A stretch of DNA of 64,000 nucleotides from Polyangia bacterium (GCA_050287845.1 JBNKCR010000025.1:66313-130312); one strand, 5' to 3'. Positions 10,122 through 19,337 are shown, counted from the stretch's first letter. Program-made: numbers and translations. Notes: generated from the sequence alone by a model not told the origin.

Positions 10122-12521
10122 TTATTCCCTTTCTGCGTTTGACATGTCTTTTATGGAATGAAACAGGTCTTCCAGATGCAGGGTAAGGGTTCCCATTAAA
10201 TAAAACGGTTCTCCGGCGACAAAATGTCTTTCTGGAACCCGTGAAGGAGCTGCATCGGCAGCCATGAAATTGGATGCGTAATTGAACTCGGCCTGCCGGT
10301 ATTTGAGATTGAACAGATTCCGTATCTCCACCCCCAGAGAAAAATGCCAGAGTCGAATATCACCGCCCGCATTCAGCAGATACATGGCATCTCCTTTTTC
10401 ATCGAGAGGCAAAGGCCGTCCCGGTACCCAGGTGTATCCCAGACCAAAACTTCCGGTCATGGGCACTTTTTTGATGGCGAGATTCCCAATCTGTCCGGAT
10501 ATTGCCACATCGGCACGCACTACCATGCGTGGAATATAGGGCAGAAGCTCACCTGTGGAATCAAGAGTGGCCTGTGTCCAACCCGCATTCAGGAGCACAT
10601 CAAAAAGAGAAATGATTCTGGAACGGACGCCAAACAAAATCGCATGTCTTGTTGAGGCACCCGCGAGAATGTTTCGTCCGTCGGTTTCGCTGAACACAAG
10701 GTCCTTGTCCACCCTGGTGAGGCTGTAACTCAGTTGAGAGGACAATTTCAGAGGGCCCTGTTCCTTTCCGTAAGTATAGGCAAACCCCGCATCAAACTCC
10801 TGCGCTCTGGCAAACGGTGCGGTTTCGTTGTCAGAGAGCGCAGCCGCATCAGTGGACCTGGTGCCCTGACCGTAAGATATCATTCCATGTAAACCGCGAA
10901 TAATTTTCATATCCACAGTCGCGCGGGGATTCAGAGAAAAACCCATACTCTGACTGGTTTGATTGGGAACACGAATTCCCTCGCGGTCAGAATCCGCCTG
11001 ATTCTGGTCAGTGACGCCGAAACTGAATACATCCAGTCGCAGTCCGCTCCTGAGGGTCAGCCGATGAAACATGCGAATCTGAGCGCGAAACCAGCCTGCC
11101 ACATTGACAACAGTGAAATCATTATCGAACACCTGCCCATATGGAATCGCGGTGACCGAACGCAACCGAAGCTGCTCGGAGCTGCCTGTATCCAGACGGA
11201 TAGCATACCCCACCGCCAGACTCTGTTTCTGATCAAACAACGATTCGGTAAGCGTATACTTTCCTCTGGCGCCAGCAGTGACCACCTTGTAACGCATCTC
11301 CATCCCATCGCCCCTTTGTACTTTTCTTGTTTCACCATTTTCATCCACCAGCGAATCGTTGAACCATCCCGTGAAATTGGTACGCAGCCGCATGGTTTTC
11401 AATCCCGCAAAAACAACCTGTTTGAATTGCGACCGTTCAGGTCCGGCAGTCAGGTCAAATGATGTCAGAATGCGATTACTTTCTCCTCCCTGGTTGGGAT
11501 CATATGTATCAAAAAATTCCATTATGCCGTTTTCGTAATCATCCTCACGCACTACTCCTGGCTGATCAAATCTGGCCGCATATCCATACACGCTGATGCC
11601 ATAGGTGAAGTTCTGTCCCTCCCAGTCATCGGTGAATCTGCCCAATGCAAGAACACGCTGCGCCGCACGGTTTACGCCGTACCCGTCGCTGGTGTAGTAT
11701 TCGAATCCACCGAACGTGCCACTGTTTTCCTCCTTTGGCGCCCAGGTGAAAAGAGTTCGCCGGGTATTCCATCTGCCAAGTCCCAATGATACATTCGCTC
11801 CCTTTTCTGGCGCGCCGAGTTTGTATTCCGCAGTTCCGGCAAAGGCGAAATCTCCCTGTTCCGGATCAAACGCGCCTTCCGTGACAGCCACACTCTGAAC
11901 CAGTTCAGGAGGAATGAAGTACAGGTCCGTATACCCATGATTATGAGGATTGCTTACCTCGTTCAAAGGAATACCATCCACCAAAAACGCGATGTCCTGA
12001 CCTTCATTGGAGGCAAATCCGCGCATATAGGTTTCCTGAGCGTGTCCTTCGCCGCCGTGATTGGTAGTCAGAACTCCAGGTGCCAGCATCAATTGTTCGG
12101 CCACATTTTTACGCGGAATCACCCGAAGGGTGCCAATTTCCAGACTGTAATGAGATGCGGAAGTCGCTTCTGTACGCTGTTCGCCAGTTACAGTGGTGTC
12201 CTCAAGCCGATATTCCGACACATTCCCTTGCGTCTTTTCATCATGAATGGATGGTCTGTTCAACGATGATTGCGCCATCGACGCTGCTTCTTCGTTGACC
12301 GACTGCGACACCACCTCCGGAGAGGTTGGACGGGGGGCCAACTCGAGGTCAGGCACCTGTGTGTCTGTACCCGTGTCTATACTCATGTCTGTATTCTGTT
12401 CTGTATCCATATCCGTTGCGCCAATTGCAATTGACACGTCTACGTGAAGTAAAATACACACGCCTGCCATACAGCACAATTTGCCTGTTTTGAACCGCAA
12501 AACGAATCTCCCGCGACACAC
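10122..12521 (-). CDS. TonB-dependent receptor with His-rich plug
   Basis: Plug motifs NHGGEGHAQETYMRGF, FLVDGIPLNEVSNPHNHGYTDLYFIPPELV and GDFAFAG; barrel C-terminus RNLFNLKY...GEPF. Start uncertain. Confidence 0.88.
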   Translation of the reverse strand: MCRGRFVLRFKTGKLCCMAGVCILLHVDVSIAIGATDMDTEQNTDMSIDTGTDTQVPDLELAPRPTSPEVVSQSVNEEAASMAQSSLNRPSIHDEKTQGNVSEYRLEDTTVTGEQRTEATSASHYSLEIGTLRVIPRKNVAEQLMLAPGVLTTNHGGEGHAQETYMRGFASNEGQDIAFLVDGIPLNEVSNPHNHGYTDLYFIPPELVQSVAVTEGAFDPEQGDFAFAGTAEYKLGAPEKGANVSLGLGRWNTRRTLFTWAPKEENSGTFGGFEYYTSDGYGVNRAAQRVLALGRFTDDWEGQNFTYGISVYGYAARFDQPGVVREDDYENGIMEFFDTYDPNQGGESNRILTSFDLTAGPERSQFKQVVFAGLKTMRLRTNFTGWFNDSLVDENGETRKVQRGDGMEMRYKVVTAGARGKYTLTESLFDQKQSLAVGYAIRLDTGSSEQLRLRSVTAIPYGQVFDNDFTVVNVAGWFRAQIRMFHRLTLRSGLRLDVFSFGVTDQNQADSDREGIRVPNQTSQSMGFSLNPRATVDMKIIRGLHGMISYGQGTRSTDAAALSDNETAPFARAQEFDAGFAYTYGKEQGPLKLSSQLSYSLTRVDKDLVFSETDGRNILAGASTRHAILFGVRSRIISLFDVLLNAGWTQATLDSTGELLPYIPRMVVRADVAISGQIGNLAIKKVPMTGSFGLGYTWVPGRPLPLDEKGDAMYLLNAGGDIRLWHFSLGVEIRNLFNLKYRQAEFNYASNFMAADAAPSRVPERHFVAGEPFYLMGTLTLHLEDLFHSIKDMSNAERE

Positions 12522-12574
12522 GAACTCGTCGCCGATTTACACAACCAAAAAGATTTCAGTTTACCAGGACTGGT

Positions 12575-12991
12575 TCATCCATGAAAGATGGGCGGTGAAT
12601 TGGAAGGAGATATAGGATAAACAGGTTTGCAGAAATACGTATCTTCTTCAAATACCCGAATATCCAGTTGGACAGAAAATATCTGTACCGTATCGGCATT
12701 TTCATTACTCTGAAATATCTTTGCCTGTTGCAGTAAGGCAAACACGTTGCATTCGCGGTCCGAATCGGAATCTTTGTTGTCTTTTGGAGTGGAACGACTG
12801 CTGTCATGGGTCGAATGAACTGTGGATGCCGAATGTTTATGAACCACTTTGCCAGTGTGAGGATCAACGGAATGAGACACCAATGAAAAATGCAGCGAAG
12901 AAACAATCATCGACAGCAGCATCAGCGAGATGAGTATCAATGCATTTGTTTTCTGCTGCCTTATCGTTATGTGGCTCTCCCGTCTTTTCAT
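12575..12991 (-). CDS. His-rich DUF2946-like leader protein
   Basis: Hydrophobic N-segment, HSVDPHTGKVVHKH, a Cys, and a C-terminal SPSNSPP; directly upstream of the receptor gene. Confidence 0.6.
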   Translation of the reverse strand: MKRRESHITIRQQKTNALILISLMLLSMIVSSLHFSLVSHSVDPHTGKVVHKHSASTVHSTHDSSRSTPKDNKDSDSDRECNVFALLQQAKIFQSNENADTVQIFSVQLDIRVFEEDTYFCKPVYPISPSNSPPIFHG

Positions 12992-13196
12992 TCTTATTCG
13001 ATCTATCCTCCCAGGTAACCTCACTGATAATCAGTTGGCCTTCGTTGTCAAGCAAAAGGCGCTGGTGCGTCTAATTTGTTGGTTATGTGAAACGGCTTTC
13101 ATAGTGGTCTTTTAATTTTTGTTATGTCTGTTGATGACTATCTGCCGTTCACCGCTTCTCGAATAATTACGGTAATGTTTCGCATATCTGAATTCA

Positions 13197-13405
13197 GAAG
13201 AAAACCTGCAGGGCTGCATGCACGGCTGAAAAGCAGAAAGTATCGCGCACAGCCATCCATTGGCAAATGGATTCCCAGACGTTACGGCGCAAAGAGACCT
13301 CTGGCCATACCGGCCCTGGAGGACAAGATAGTGCAAAAAACAGTATCGATGCTTCTGGGAGCGGTATATGCGCCCATGTTTCTGGACTGCTCCCACGGGT
13401 GTCGG
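13197..13405 (+). pseudogene. Internal fragment of a group II intron reverse transcriptase/maturase
   Basis: EENLQ/(frameshift)LHARLKSRKYRAQP...WIP...KRPLAIPALEDKIVQ...YAPMFLDCSHG resembles the N-terminal RT blocks; no YADD; truncated at both ends. Confidence 0.85.
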
Positions 13406-13494
13406 GGGTACCCCCGACTTCTACTCGGAAAAGGACACCGCAATCGCGCTGTCGCGTGGTCAGTCAGGCGCCCGTGAAGCAGGGGCGTTCTGCC
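13406..13494 (-). repeat. Partial attC-like site downstream of the cassette gene
   Basis: Right after the stop (TGA TAG) the minus strand reads GCAGAAC-GCCCC-TGCTTCACGGGCGCCTGACT...AGTCGGGGGTACCC, an imperfect hairpin. Confidence 0.55.
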
Positions 13495-13496
13495 TA

Positions 13497-14117
13497 TCAA
13501 AACGAAAATGTTACACCGATGAATTTTTGTGTGTCGCTGCCAATAAATGATAGTGATTGAAATTCGAAATGATAATTCTGTATAGTTTTCAATCTATGCA
13601 GCCTTGGCAAGATACTGTTTGACATTCTTATCTTTTTAACGCCAGATATCAGAAATATTGTGCCCGGGATTCCTGTCACTCCAGAAACTACAAAAGATCC
13701 TGCTGCGAAAAGGTATCCGATGCCACAGAAATTTGGGTTAAAATCATCATCCTCATCTTTGTCTGAATTCGCATCGTCTCTATTGCATTCATCAACTCCA
13801 GCCACAGACGCAATTCCGATTGCGGTACCTGCAATGCTGGTCGTATAAAAGATGAAGCCAAGTGTTGTTAAAATCTTTCCAGTTCGCTTTTGCTTTTTAA
13901 AATGGTGAATTTCAAAATCGACAAATGAAATCTGGCTTGAATTGGTATTCTCAAGATAGATTCCATAATCTTTGTAAAAGACATCCTCGTTGAGAATGAG
14001 TTTTAAAATTACTTCATCATCCTGAGACAATTTCTGTGAAATTTCATTGGCTTGACATTGGTACGAAACAGACATCAGGTAAATTGAAGAAACGACAAAA
14101 ATGGGTAAACTCTTCAT
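13497..14117 (-). CDS. AT-rich hypothetical membrane/exported protein, cassette-like
   Basis: Start placed at MKSLPIF (14117); hydrophobic N-terminus, two TM-like segments, C-terminal GVTFSF; visibly AT-richer than its neighbours. Confidence 0.7.
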   Translation of the reverse strand: MKSLPIFVVSSIYLMSVSYQCQANEISQKLSQDDEVILKLILNEDVFYKDYGIYLENTNSSQISFVDFEIHHFKKQKRTGKILTTLGFIFYTTSIAGTAIGIASVAGVDECNRDDANSDKDEDDDFNPNFCGIGYLFAAGSFVVSGVTGIPGTIFLISGVKKIRMSNSILPRLHRLKTIQNYHFEFQSLSFIGSDTQKFIGVTFSF

Positions 14118-14229
14118 CACATGCGTTGGTTGCAAATTGAGTACCAATTTTAAGGCGGAAAAACTGTATGGATGTGAAGTAACGAATGTGAAAGTTTCAT
14201 ACAGTGCTTTTTTTGAAAGTGTGAAAACG

Positions 14230-14249
14230 GGCAGAATAAGCGCTTGCTC
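14230..14249 (-). repeat. attC-like end upstream of the cassette gene (intron 5' exon)
   Basis: Minus strand GAGCAAGCGCTT-ATTCTGCC; TTCTGCC is complementary to GGCAGAA at the other end of the gene. Confidence 0.5.
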
Positions 14250-14683
14250 GTGCCGAGGAAAGCTCGGTGACGTTGGGATAGGGAATGACGACCCTTGAAA
14301 TCGTCTTTGTACTCCAGTGGGTGAGCTGAGAAGTGACTCCCAATGGAACAGGGATTGGTCATCCGGTCCGTAGCTGAACTGAGAGGCGATTTTTGAGAAA
14401 GGATGTCTGAAGCAGAAGTGAAGCGAAAATGCAGGCTGCGTAATTGAATCCCGAAATATGTACAGTGGCGGTCCAATTGGATAAGCGAGAGTAAGTGAAA
14501 GTCGACGACTGCAAGCATCGGAAGGCTGTAGACCCTGTAGCGTCAATGACACGTGACTGAGACACCGCGGGGAATCTGGAGCGGGGCATGTTTTAAAAAG
14601 GGGCACCCGGGAACCTCGGGAGAGCCTACTGTTTCCTCTGGTAAAACACCGATGTTGGGTGTGGCGGGACATCAAAAACACCA
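14250..14683 (+). mobile_element. 5' part (domain I region) of a group II intron, truncated
   Basis: Starts GTGCCG; contains GCGAAAATGCAGGCTGCGTAATTGAATCCCGAAA, GTCGACGA...TCGGAAGGC, CCGCGGGGAATCTGGAGCGGGGCATG and GGGAACCTCGGGAGAGCC, which resemble conserved bacterial group II domain I segments; no RT ORF or DV/DVI follows. 3' limit approximate. Confidence 0.72.
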
Positions 14684-14734
14684 AATGTTTCTGGTTTATG
14701 GGAATGCGATGCCCCCGGTCTCCCTGCGGATCGT

Positions 14735-15310
14735 CTATGGCGCGATTACGACCCCGCGCACACAGCGGGCGTGGAAGCTGTAGTAAATGCGGGGTTTGTA
14801 AATGAATCCGCCGGCAAACCCGATGGCCCAGGCGCGGTCTGAAACGTCCGGAACCCTATCTGCGGACCAGTAGTGCTCGCACGGCGCGCCCAGTTCCACC
14901 GCTTTGGCGTAGCAACCGTTCATGGGGCCATCACCGAAGGCGCATGCATAACAGGCATTTGTCTGGCAATCGTTTTCAATGCAGGTGTCATCCACCACGC
15001 ATTCCCCGCCAGTCACCGTGGGCGCACATCCGGCCAGCAGGGTCCGAAGCTCCGAAATATGGGGCAATCGCCAGTCCTGCTGACCGTTCAGGTTCAGGGT
15101 GTCGCAATAATCCACGGCCTGACGCCAGGTGGCGTAGGTCTCGGGCAAATCCGCCTGCCATATCAGCCCGGTCTGAGGATCGGTCCATACGGACGCCACC
15201 ACCGGTTCTGTCGCGCATTCCGTTGAATCGTCGGCGCAGGCCGTCAGGGTGAGCATCAGTATACCGCACAGCACAGGTGGAATCTGAAGTCGCGTGAATA
15301 ATGATTTCAT
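14735..15310 (-). CDS. DUF1566 (Lcl-type) domain lipoprotein
   Basis: Lipobox LTAC; WTDPQTGLIWQ, TWRQAVDYC, DWRLPHISELRTL, YWS and ARCVR. Confidence 0.85.
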   Translation of the reverse strand: MKSLFTRLQIPPVLCGILMLTLTACADDSTECATEPVVASVWTDPQTGLIWQADLPETYATWRQAVDYCDTLNLNGQQDWRLPHISELRTLLAGCAPTVTGGECVVDDTCIENDCQTNACYACAFGDGPMNGCYAKAVELGAPCEHYWSADRVPDVSDRAWAIGFAGGFIYKPRIYYSFHARCVRGVVIAP

Positions 15311-15670
15311 TCCATAGGACATACTGTATTCATCACCATCCGGTCAATGACTCTGATGATACGAATTTTCCCGACACCCCCAATGCTTTCCCCGGGGCGA
15401 TTCCCGCGGACGCCTGCACCATGTCTCCGGTGGTGGTCCACAGGTGATCTGGCACAGCTGGCACACTGATGCCGTGTCGAGCAATTTCGCAATAATACGG
15501 GCAATTCCAATGATTTATTGTGTTGATTCGCAAAAATATCGTCGCGGACACAATGGTATGAATGTTGATAAGTACACCCGGAAGCAGCCGTTGAAATGAG
15601 CTGTCAACGAACGCCATTGCATTTTCGTTTGAGAGCCGCGTATAGTACGCCGATGATTGAAAGTACGCCG

Positions 15671-16786
15671 ATGACCGAACAACCTTTTTTTCCGCCGCCA
15701 CGCCGTGTTCTCTGGGAAATCACTGCCCACTGCAATCTGCGTTGTGCCCACTGTCTGGTGGATGCCGGCGGGGGTAATGTCGCCCGGGAGTTCAGTACCG
15801 ATGAGGCGCTGGCGCTGGTGGAAGATCTGGCACAACTGGGACCGACGGCCGTGTCCCTTACCGGAGGCGAACCGCTGCTGCGTAAAGACTGGTTTCAGAT
15901 TGCAGAGAAAATCCGCGCCCGGGGCATGGGGCTTCGGATGTCATCCAACGGGCATCTGCTGACCGAATCGATGGTGGAATCCCTCAAGGCCCTGAAGCTG
16001 GAGCTGTTTACCCTGAGTGTTGATGGCGACGAAGTCATCCACAATCGGCTTCGTCCCTATGCCCTTGGAAATGCGACGAAGAATTCGTTTCAGGATGTGC
16101 TGCAAGCCATCCGGTTGCTCAACCGGCATGGGATTGAGACCCACGTGATCACATCGGTGAGTCAGGAAAACCTGGGCGAATTGCCCCGCATTCACCAGTT
16201 GCTTAAACAATTTGATATCGCGCGCTGGATTCTGCAACTGGTGCATCCCACCGGCCGGGCCGCCCATTCAACCCCGTCCCGGGGGCACATGGAAAATGCG
16301 TGCACGCCCATTTTGCCGCAGCAATTGCCGGCGGTGGCCGATTTTATCGTGGCCCACGCCGATGATCCCGTGCTGCAACCCACCGCGTTCAACTCCATCG
16401 GCTATCTGAGTCGCCAGGAACCCGTGCTGCGCAAAAGCGGCAAACGTGCCCGCCGGCCCCTCTGGCAGGGATGTCAGTGCGGTATCGAGGTAATGGGCAT
16501 TGAACCCGACGGCGGCATCAAGGGCTGCGCCAATCAGGTGGGGGCGCCATTTGTGGTGGGCAACGCCAGAGAAGAATCGGTGGTGAACATCTGGAACGAT
16601 CGTCGGCGCTGGCACTGGCTTTCCCCCCGCCCCGCGGATGCCGGAGGAGACTGTGCGGAATGCGCCCTGTTTCACCTCTGCCGTGCCGGCTGCACCGCCG
16701 TGGCGTACCAATCCACTGGCGAACTGTACAACAATCCCTATTGTCTGCGGCGGGTGGCAGCGGCCGACTCCGATGCACCACATTAA
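15671..16786 (+). CDS. Radical SAM/SPASM domain protein
   Basis: WEITAHCNLRCAHC, LTGGEPLLR, CQCG...GIEPDGGIKGC and CAECALFHLCRAGC...YC. Confidence 0.92.
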   Translation: MTEQPFFPPPRRVLWEITAHCNLRCAHCLVDAGGGNVAREFSTDEALALVEDLAQLGPTAVSLTGGEPLLRKDWFQIAEKIRARGMGLRMSSNGHLLTESMVESLKALKLELFTLSVDGDEVIHNRLRPYALGNATKNSFQDVLQAIRLLNRHGIETHVITSVSQENLGELPRIHQLLKQFDIARWILQLVHPTGRAAHSTPSRGHMENACTPILPQQLPAVADFIVAHADDPVLQPTAFNSIGYLSRQEPVLRKSGKRARRPLWQGCQCGIEVMGIEPDGGIKGCANQVGAPFVVGNAREESVVNIWNDRRRWHWLSPRPADAGGDCAECALFHLCRAGCTAVAYQSTGELYNNPYCLRRVAAADSDAPH

Positions 16787-16797
16787 AAGGAAATCCC

Positions 16798-18090
16798 ATG
16801 AAAGTCGTATTTATTGTCGTTGACAGTTTCAAGAGCACCGCGCCGGGGTTTGGGGGTGGACCGGATTCGCCGTTTCTCGACCATCTCGCGCAGAATGGCA
16901 CCGTGTTTGAGCAGATGTTCGCCAGCGGCGCCTGGACCACGCCCTCCCTGATGGCCATGCTCACCGGATGCCTGGGTCATCGCATCGGGATAGCCCGGTG
17001 GCGTCATCCGTTTCCCGCAAAAATCCCCACCCTGCTCACCGCCTTTGCGGAAGCGGGGTTTGAGGTGAACTGTTTTCATCCCTATCCCAGATGGGGCTTC
17101 CTGACGGTACCGGACACGGGAGTGGTGAAAAACAGTCAGGACCCGGACGACATTGTGCGCACCCTCAAAAGCGCCCCGGGCAGCGATCAGTTTGTCCTCA
17201 TTCACCACTGGTGGACCCATCTGCCATACGCCAACCGGGAACTTTCGCTGGAGGCGTGGCACCGCCTGTGCGATTTTCAGTTGCGCTCCCTGGAAAAGTA
17301 TCCCCGGCAAATCCGGCCCAAACTGAAACAGTCCTACCTGAAAACGGTTCAGTATTTCTCGCAGCAGTTGCTCAATCGATATCTCGATGCCGCCACAGCC
17401 GGTGGCGATGATGTACTGCTGGTGGTTACCGGTGACCACGGGGAAACCTGGGGGGAATCTCATCCGGCGGGATACCGGGTGCAGAATGTGTACGATTTGC
17501 ATGGGCGATGGATCAGCGACGAAACGGTGCAGGTGCCCCTCCTCTTTTACGGCAAGGGCATTCCCGCGGCCCAACGGATTTCGGGGTTCGCCCGGGGGGT
17601 GGATTTGGCCCCCACCATCTGTGCGCTTTCGGGCATTCCCTGGCCCGGCCCGGCCCACTCGGCGGTGGGGGAAGAAACCATTGTCCGGGATATTGCCGGA
17701 ACCGATCGACTGGGCGTTTCTCTTTCGCCGAGCATCCTCAGCGGCGAAGCGACCATGTGCGAAAGTGCGCCCACCGTGAGCAGTCACAATGCATTTGTTC
17801 CGAGAACCTATCCGGACAGCGGCCCGGCCCTGTGGCGCATGCTCGCCGAACGCACCAGGGACGGATGGCACATCTGGGATGGGGTTGACCAAATCCGATC
17901 CACCTGCCAGGGCAAGGTGTATACCCAGCACGCCGAAGCCACGGACGATGCCCTGTTTGCGCGTCTGGAAGCGCAAAGGCTGCGGGCGGTGGACCCCGGT
18001 GCGCTGGTGAGCGATGCTGCCGTGGAGGAGCTTCGAAACAGCGATGAACTGGTGGCTGCGCGACTCCATTGTCTGGGATATCTGGAGTAG
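16798..18090 (+). CDS. Sulfatase-like hydrolase/transferase (alkaline phosphatase superfamily)
   Basis: FIVVDS, ASGAWTTPSLMAMLTG, THLPY, GDHGE, VDLAPTI and C-terminal LGYLE. Confidence 0.85.
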   Translation: MKVVFIVVDSFKSTAPGFGGGPDSPFLDHLAQNGTVFEQMFASGAWTTPSLMAMLTGCLGHRIGIARWRHPFPAKIPTLLTAFAEAGFEVNCFHPYPRWGFLTVPDTGVVKNSQDPDDIVRTLKSAPGSDQFVLIHHWWTHLPYANRELSLEAWHRLCDFQLRSLEKYPRQIRPKLKQSYLKTVQYFSQQLLNRYLDAATAGGDDVLLVVTGDHGETWGESHPAGYRVQNVYDLHGRWISDETVQVPLLFYGKGIPAAQRISGFARGVDLAPTICALSGIPWPGPAHSAVGEETIVRDIAGTDRLGVSLSPSILSGEATMCESAPTVSSHNAFVPRTYPDSGPALWRMLAERTRDGWHIWDGVDQIRSTCQGKVYTQHAEATDDALFARLEAQRLRAVDPGALVSDAAVEELRNSDELVAARLHCLGYLE

Positions 18091-18092
18091 GA

Positions 18093-19163
18093 ATGACCGA
18101 TTCGTTGACCATGCCGAAAAGATGTTACTGGGAACTTACCCGACGCTGCCTGGGCGCGTGCGTGTTCTGCCGCAACGGGGGCGCAACAGACATGGCGGAG
18201 CTGTCGTTGGCACAGTCCCTTCAGGTGGCCGATGAACTGGTTCGTCTGGGCATCCGGCGGGTGGTGCTCACCGGCGGCGAGCCGGTACTCTACGATGGGT
18301 GGGAAATGATTGCTGCCCGGCTGACCGCCAACAGCGTGCGCGTCTGGCTGTTTACAAGTGGCATGGGCATGACCGATGAACTGATTGATTCAGCGCGCGG
18401 GGCGGGTATCTCCCGGGTGCTGATTCCCCTGGACGGGGATGAGGCCACCCACCGTCGCCTGCGCCCAGCCGCTTCGGACCGGGGGATGGGTTCGTATGCA
18501 GCCGCCGTCAGCGCCATGAAGAAGTTCGAAGAGGCGGGGATGCCGGTGATTGCGGTCACGGCGGTCAATCATATCAATGCACGGGTGCTGAACGGGATTT
18601 ACGCCACGTTACTGAACCTGGGCGTGCGGGACTGGCAGGTGCATCTGGGCCAGCTGACCGGACGCGCCAGTGAACATCGCCTTGAACTGATGTGTACCCA
18701 CGACGATATGGAAGCCATTGTGGACATGTTGAAACGGGTGGCTGTGGAAAACCGAATCCATGCGCCCCTGCATTGCACCGTAGGCTACATGGTGCCGGAA
18801 GAAGCCCTGCTTCGAAGTCCCAATGCCTCCGGGCAGCCCTTTTTTGATGGATGTCCGGCGGGCATTCGCACCTTCGGCATCACCCCGTCGGGAAAGGTGA
18901 AAGGCTGTACCGCCATGGAAGACGAGTTTGCCACGGCGAGTCTGAGGCAGGAATCGCTGGAAACCATTCTCAAAAACGACACACATTTCGCGGTGACGCG
19001 GATGGATGAAAGTCACCGGCACCTCGAAGGCCCGTGTGCCACGTGTTCGTTTGGCGGCGTGTGCCGGGGCGGGTGTCCGGCGGTGGCCTATGGGCTCACC
19101 GGCGCAGTCGGCGCCAACCCGGCGTGTCTGCACATCCTGCGAAATCGTTCTGCAAACCAATGA
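18093..19163 (+). CDS. Radical SAM/SPASM domain protein (paralog)
   Basis: WELTRRCLGACVFC, LTGGEP, CPAG...GITPSGKVKGC and CATCSFGGVCRGGC...AC. Confidence 0.92.
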   Translation: MTDSLTMPKRCYWELTRRCLGACVFCRNGGATDMAELSLAQSLQVADELVRLGIRRVVLTGGEPVLYDGWEMIAARLTANSVRVWLFTSGMGMTDELIDSARGAGISRVLIPLDGDEATHRRLRPAASDRGMGSYAAAVSAMKKFEEAGMPVIAVTAVNHINARVLNGIYATLLNLGVRDWQVHLGQLTGRASEHRLELMCTHDDMEAIVDMLKRVAVENRIHAPLHCTVGYMVPEEALLRSPNASGQPFFDGCPAGIRTFGITPSGKVKGCTAMEDEFATASLRQESLETILKNDTHFAVTRMDESHRHLEGPCATCSFGGVCRGGCPAVAYGLTGAVGANPACLHILRNRSANQ

Positions 19164-19337
19164 AACCATGGATGATGGCACAGTTGGCACAAATGGTGGA
19201 AATGGGCATAACCTCCTGTAATTACAGCGCATATATATTAAATGCCAGGCTGGTGTCTTTTTTGCACTATCCGGAAATAACAATTCTAACGTATGCATAG
19301 GGCAACGGGAGATTGCCTGAGGCAACGGAGGTTCATC

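Noticed and set aside
10122..12521. Calling the receptor btuB
   Set aside because: The riboswitch is downstream of it, and the His-rich plug does not specifically support BtuB.
13124..13477. 117-aa ORF as an intact RT, retron or DGR gene
   Set aside because: Only a short group II-type RT segment with a frameshift; no YADD, no msr/msd and no TR/VR pair seen.
14118..14684. N-terminal half of the 395-aa ORF 13497..14684
   Set aside because: It is mostly the antisense of the intron RNA fragment; composition changes sharply and a plausible start lies at 14117.
14735..15310. DUF1566 gene as a DGR target, given the nearby RT fragment
   Set aside because: No template repeat matching its 3' end was seen, and the RT fragment resembles a group II intron maturase.
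16783..18069. Long antisense ORFs (also 19380..20693, 27932..29281, 38692..40020, 41352..42635, 46678..47733, 52321..53292, 58537..59535)
   Set aside because: They lie opposite well-supported genes, have no recognisable motifs, and are expected from codon bias in GC-rich DNA.
15671..19163. Radical SAMs as anaerobic sulfatase-maturating enzymes
   Set aside because: The neighbouring sulfatase-like protein lacks C/S-X-P-X-R, so the obvious annotation is unsupported.
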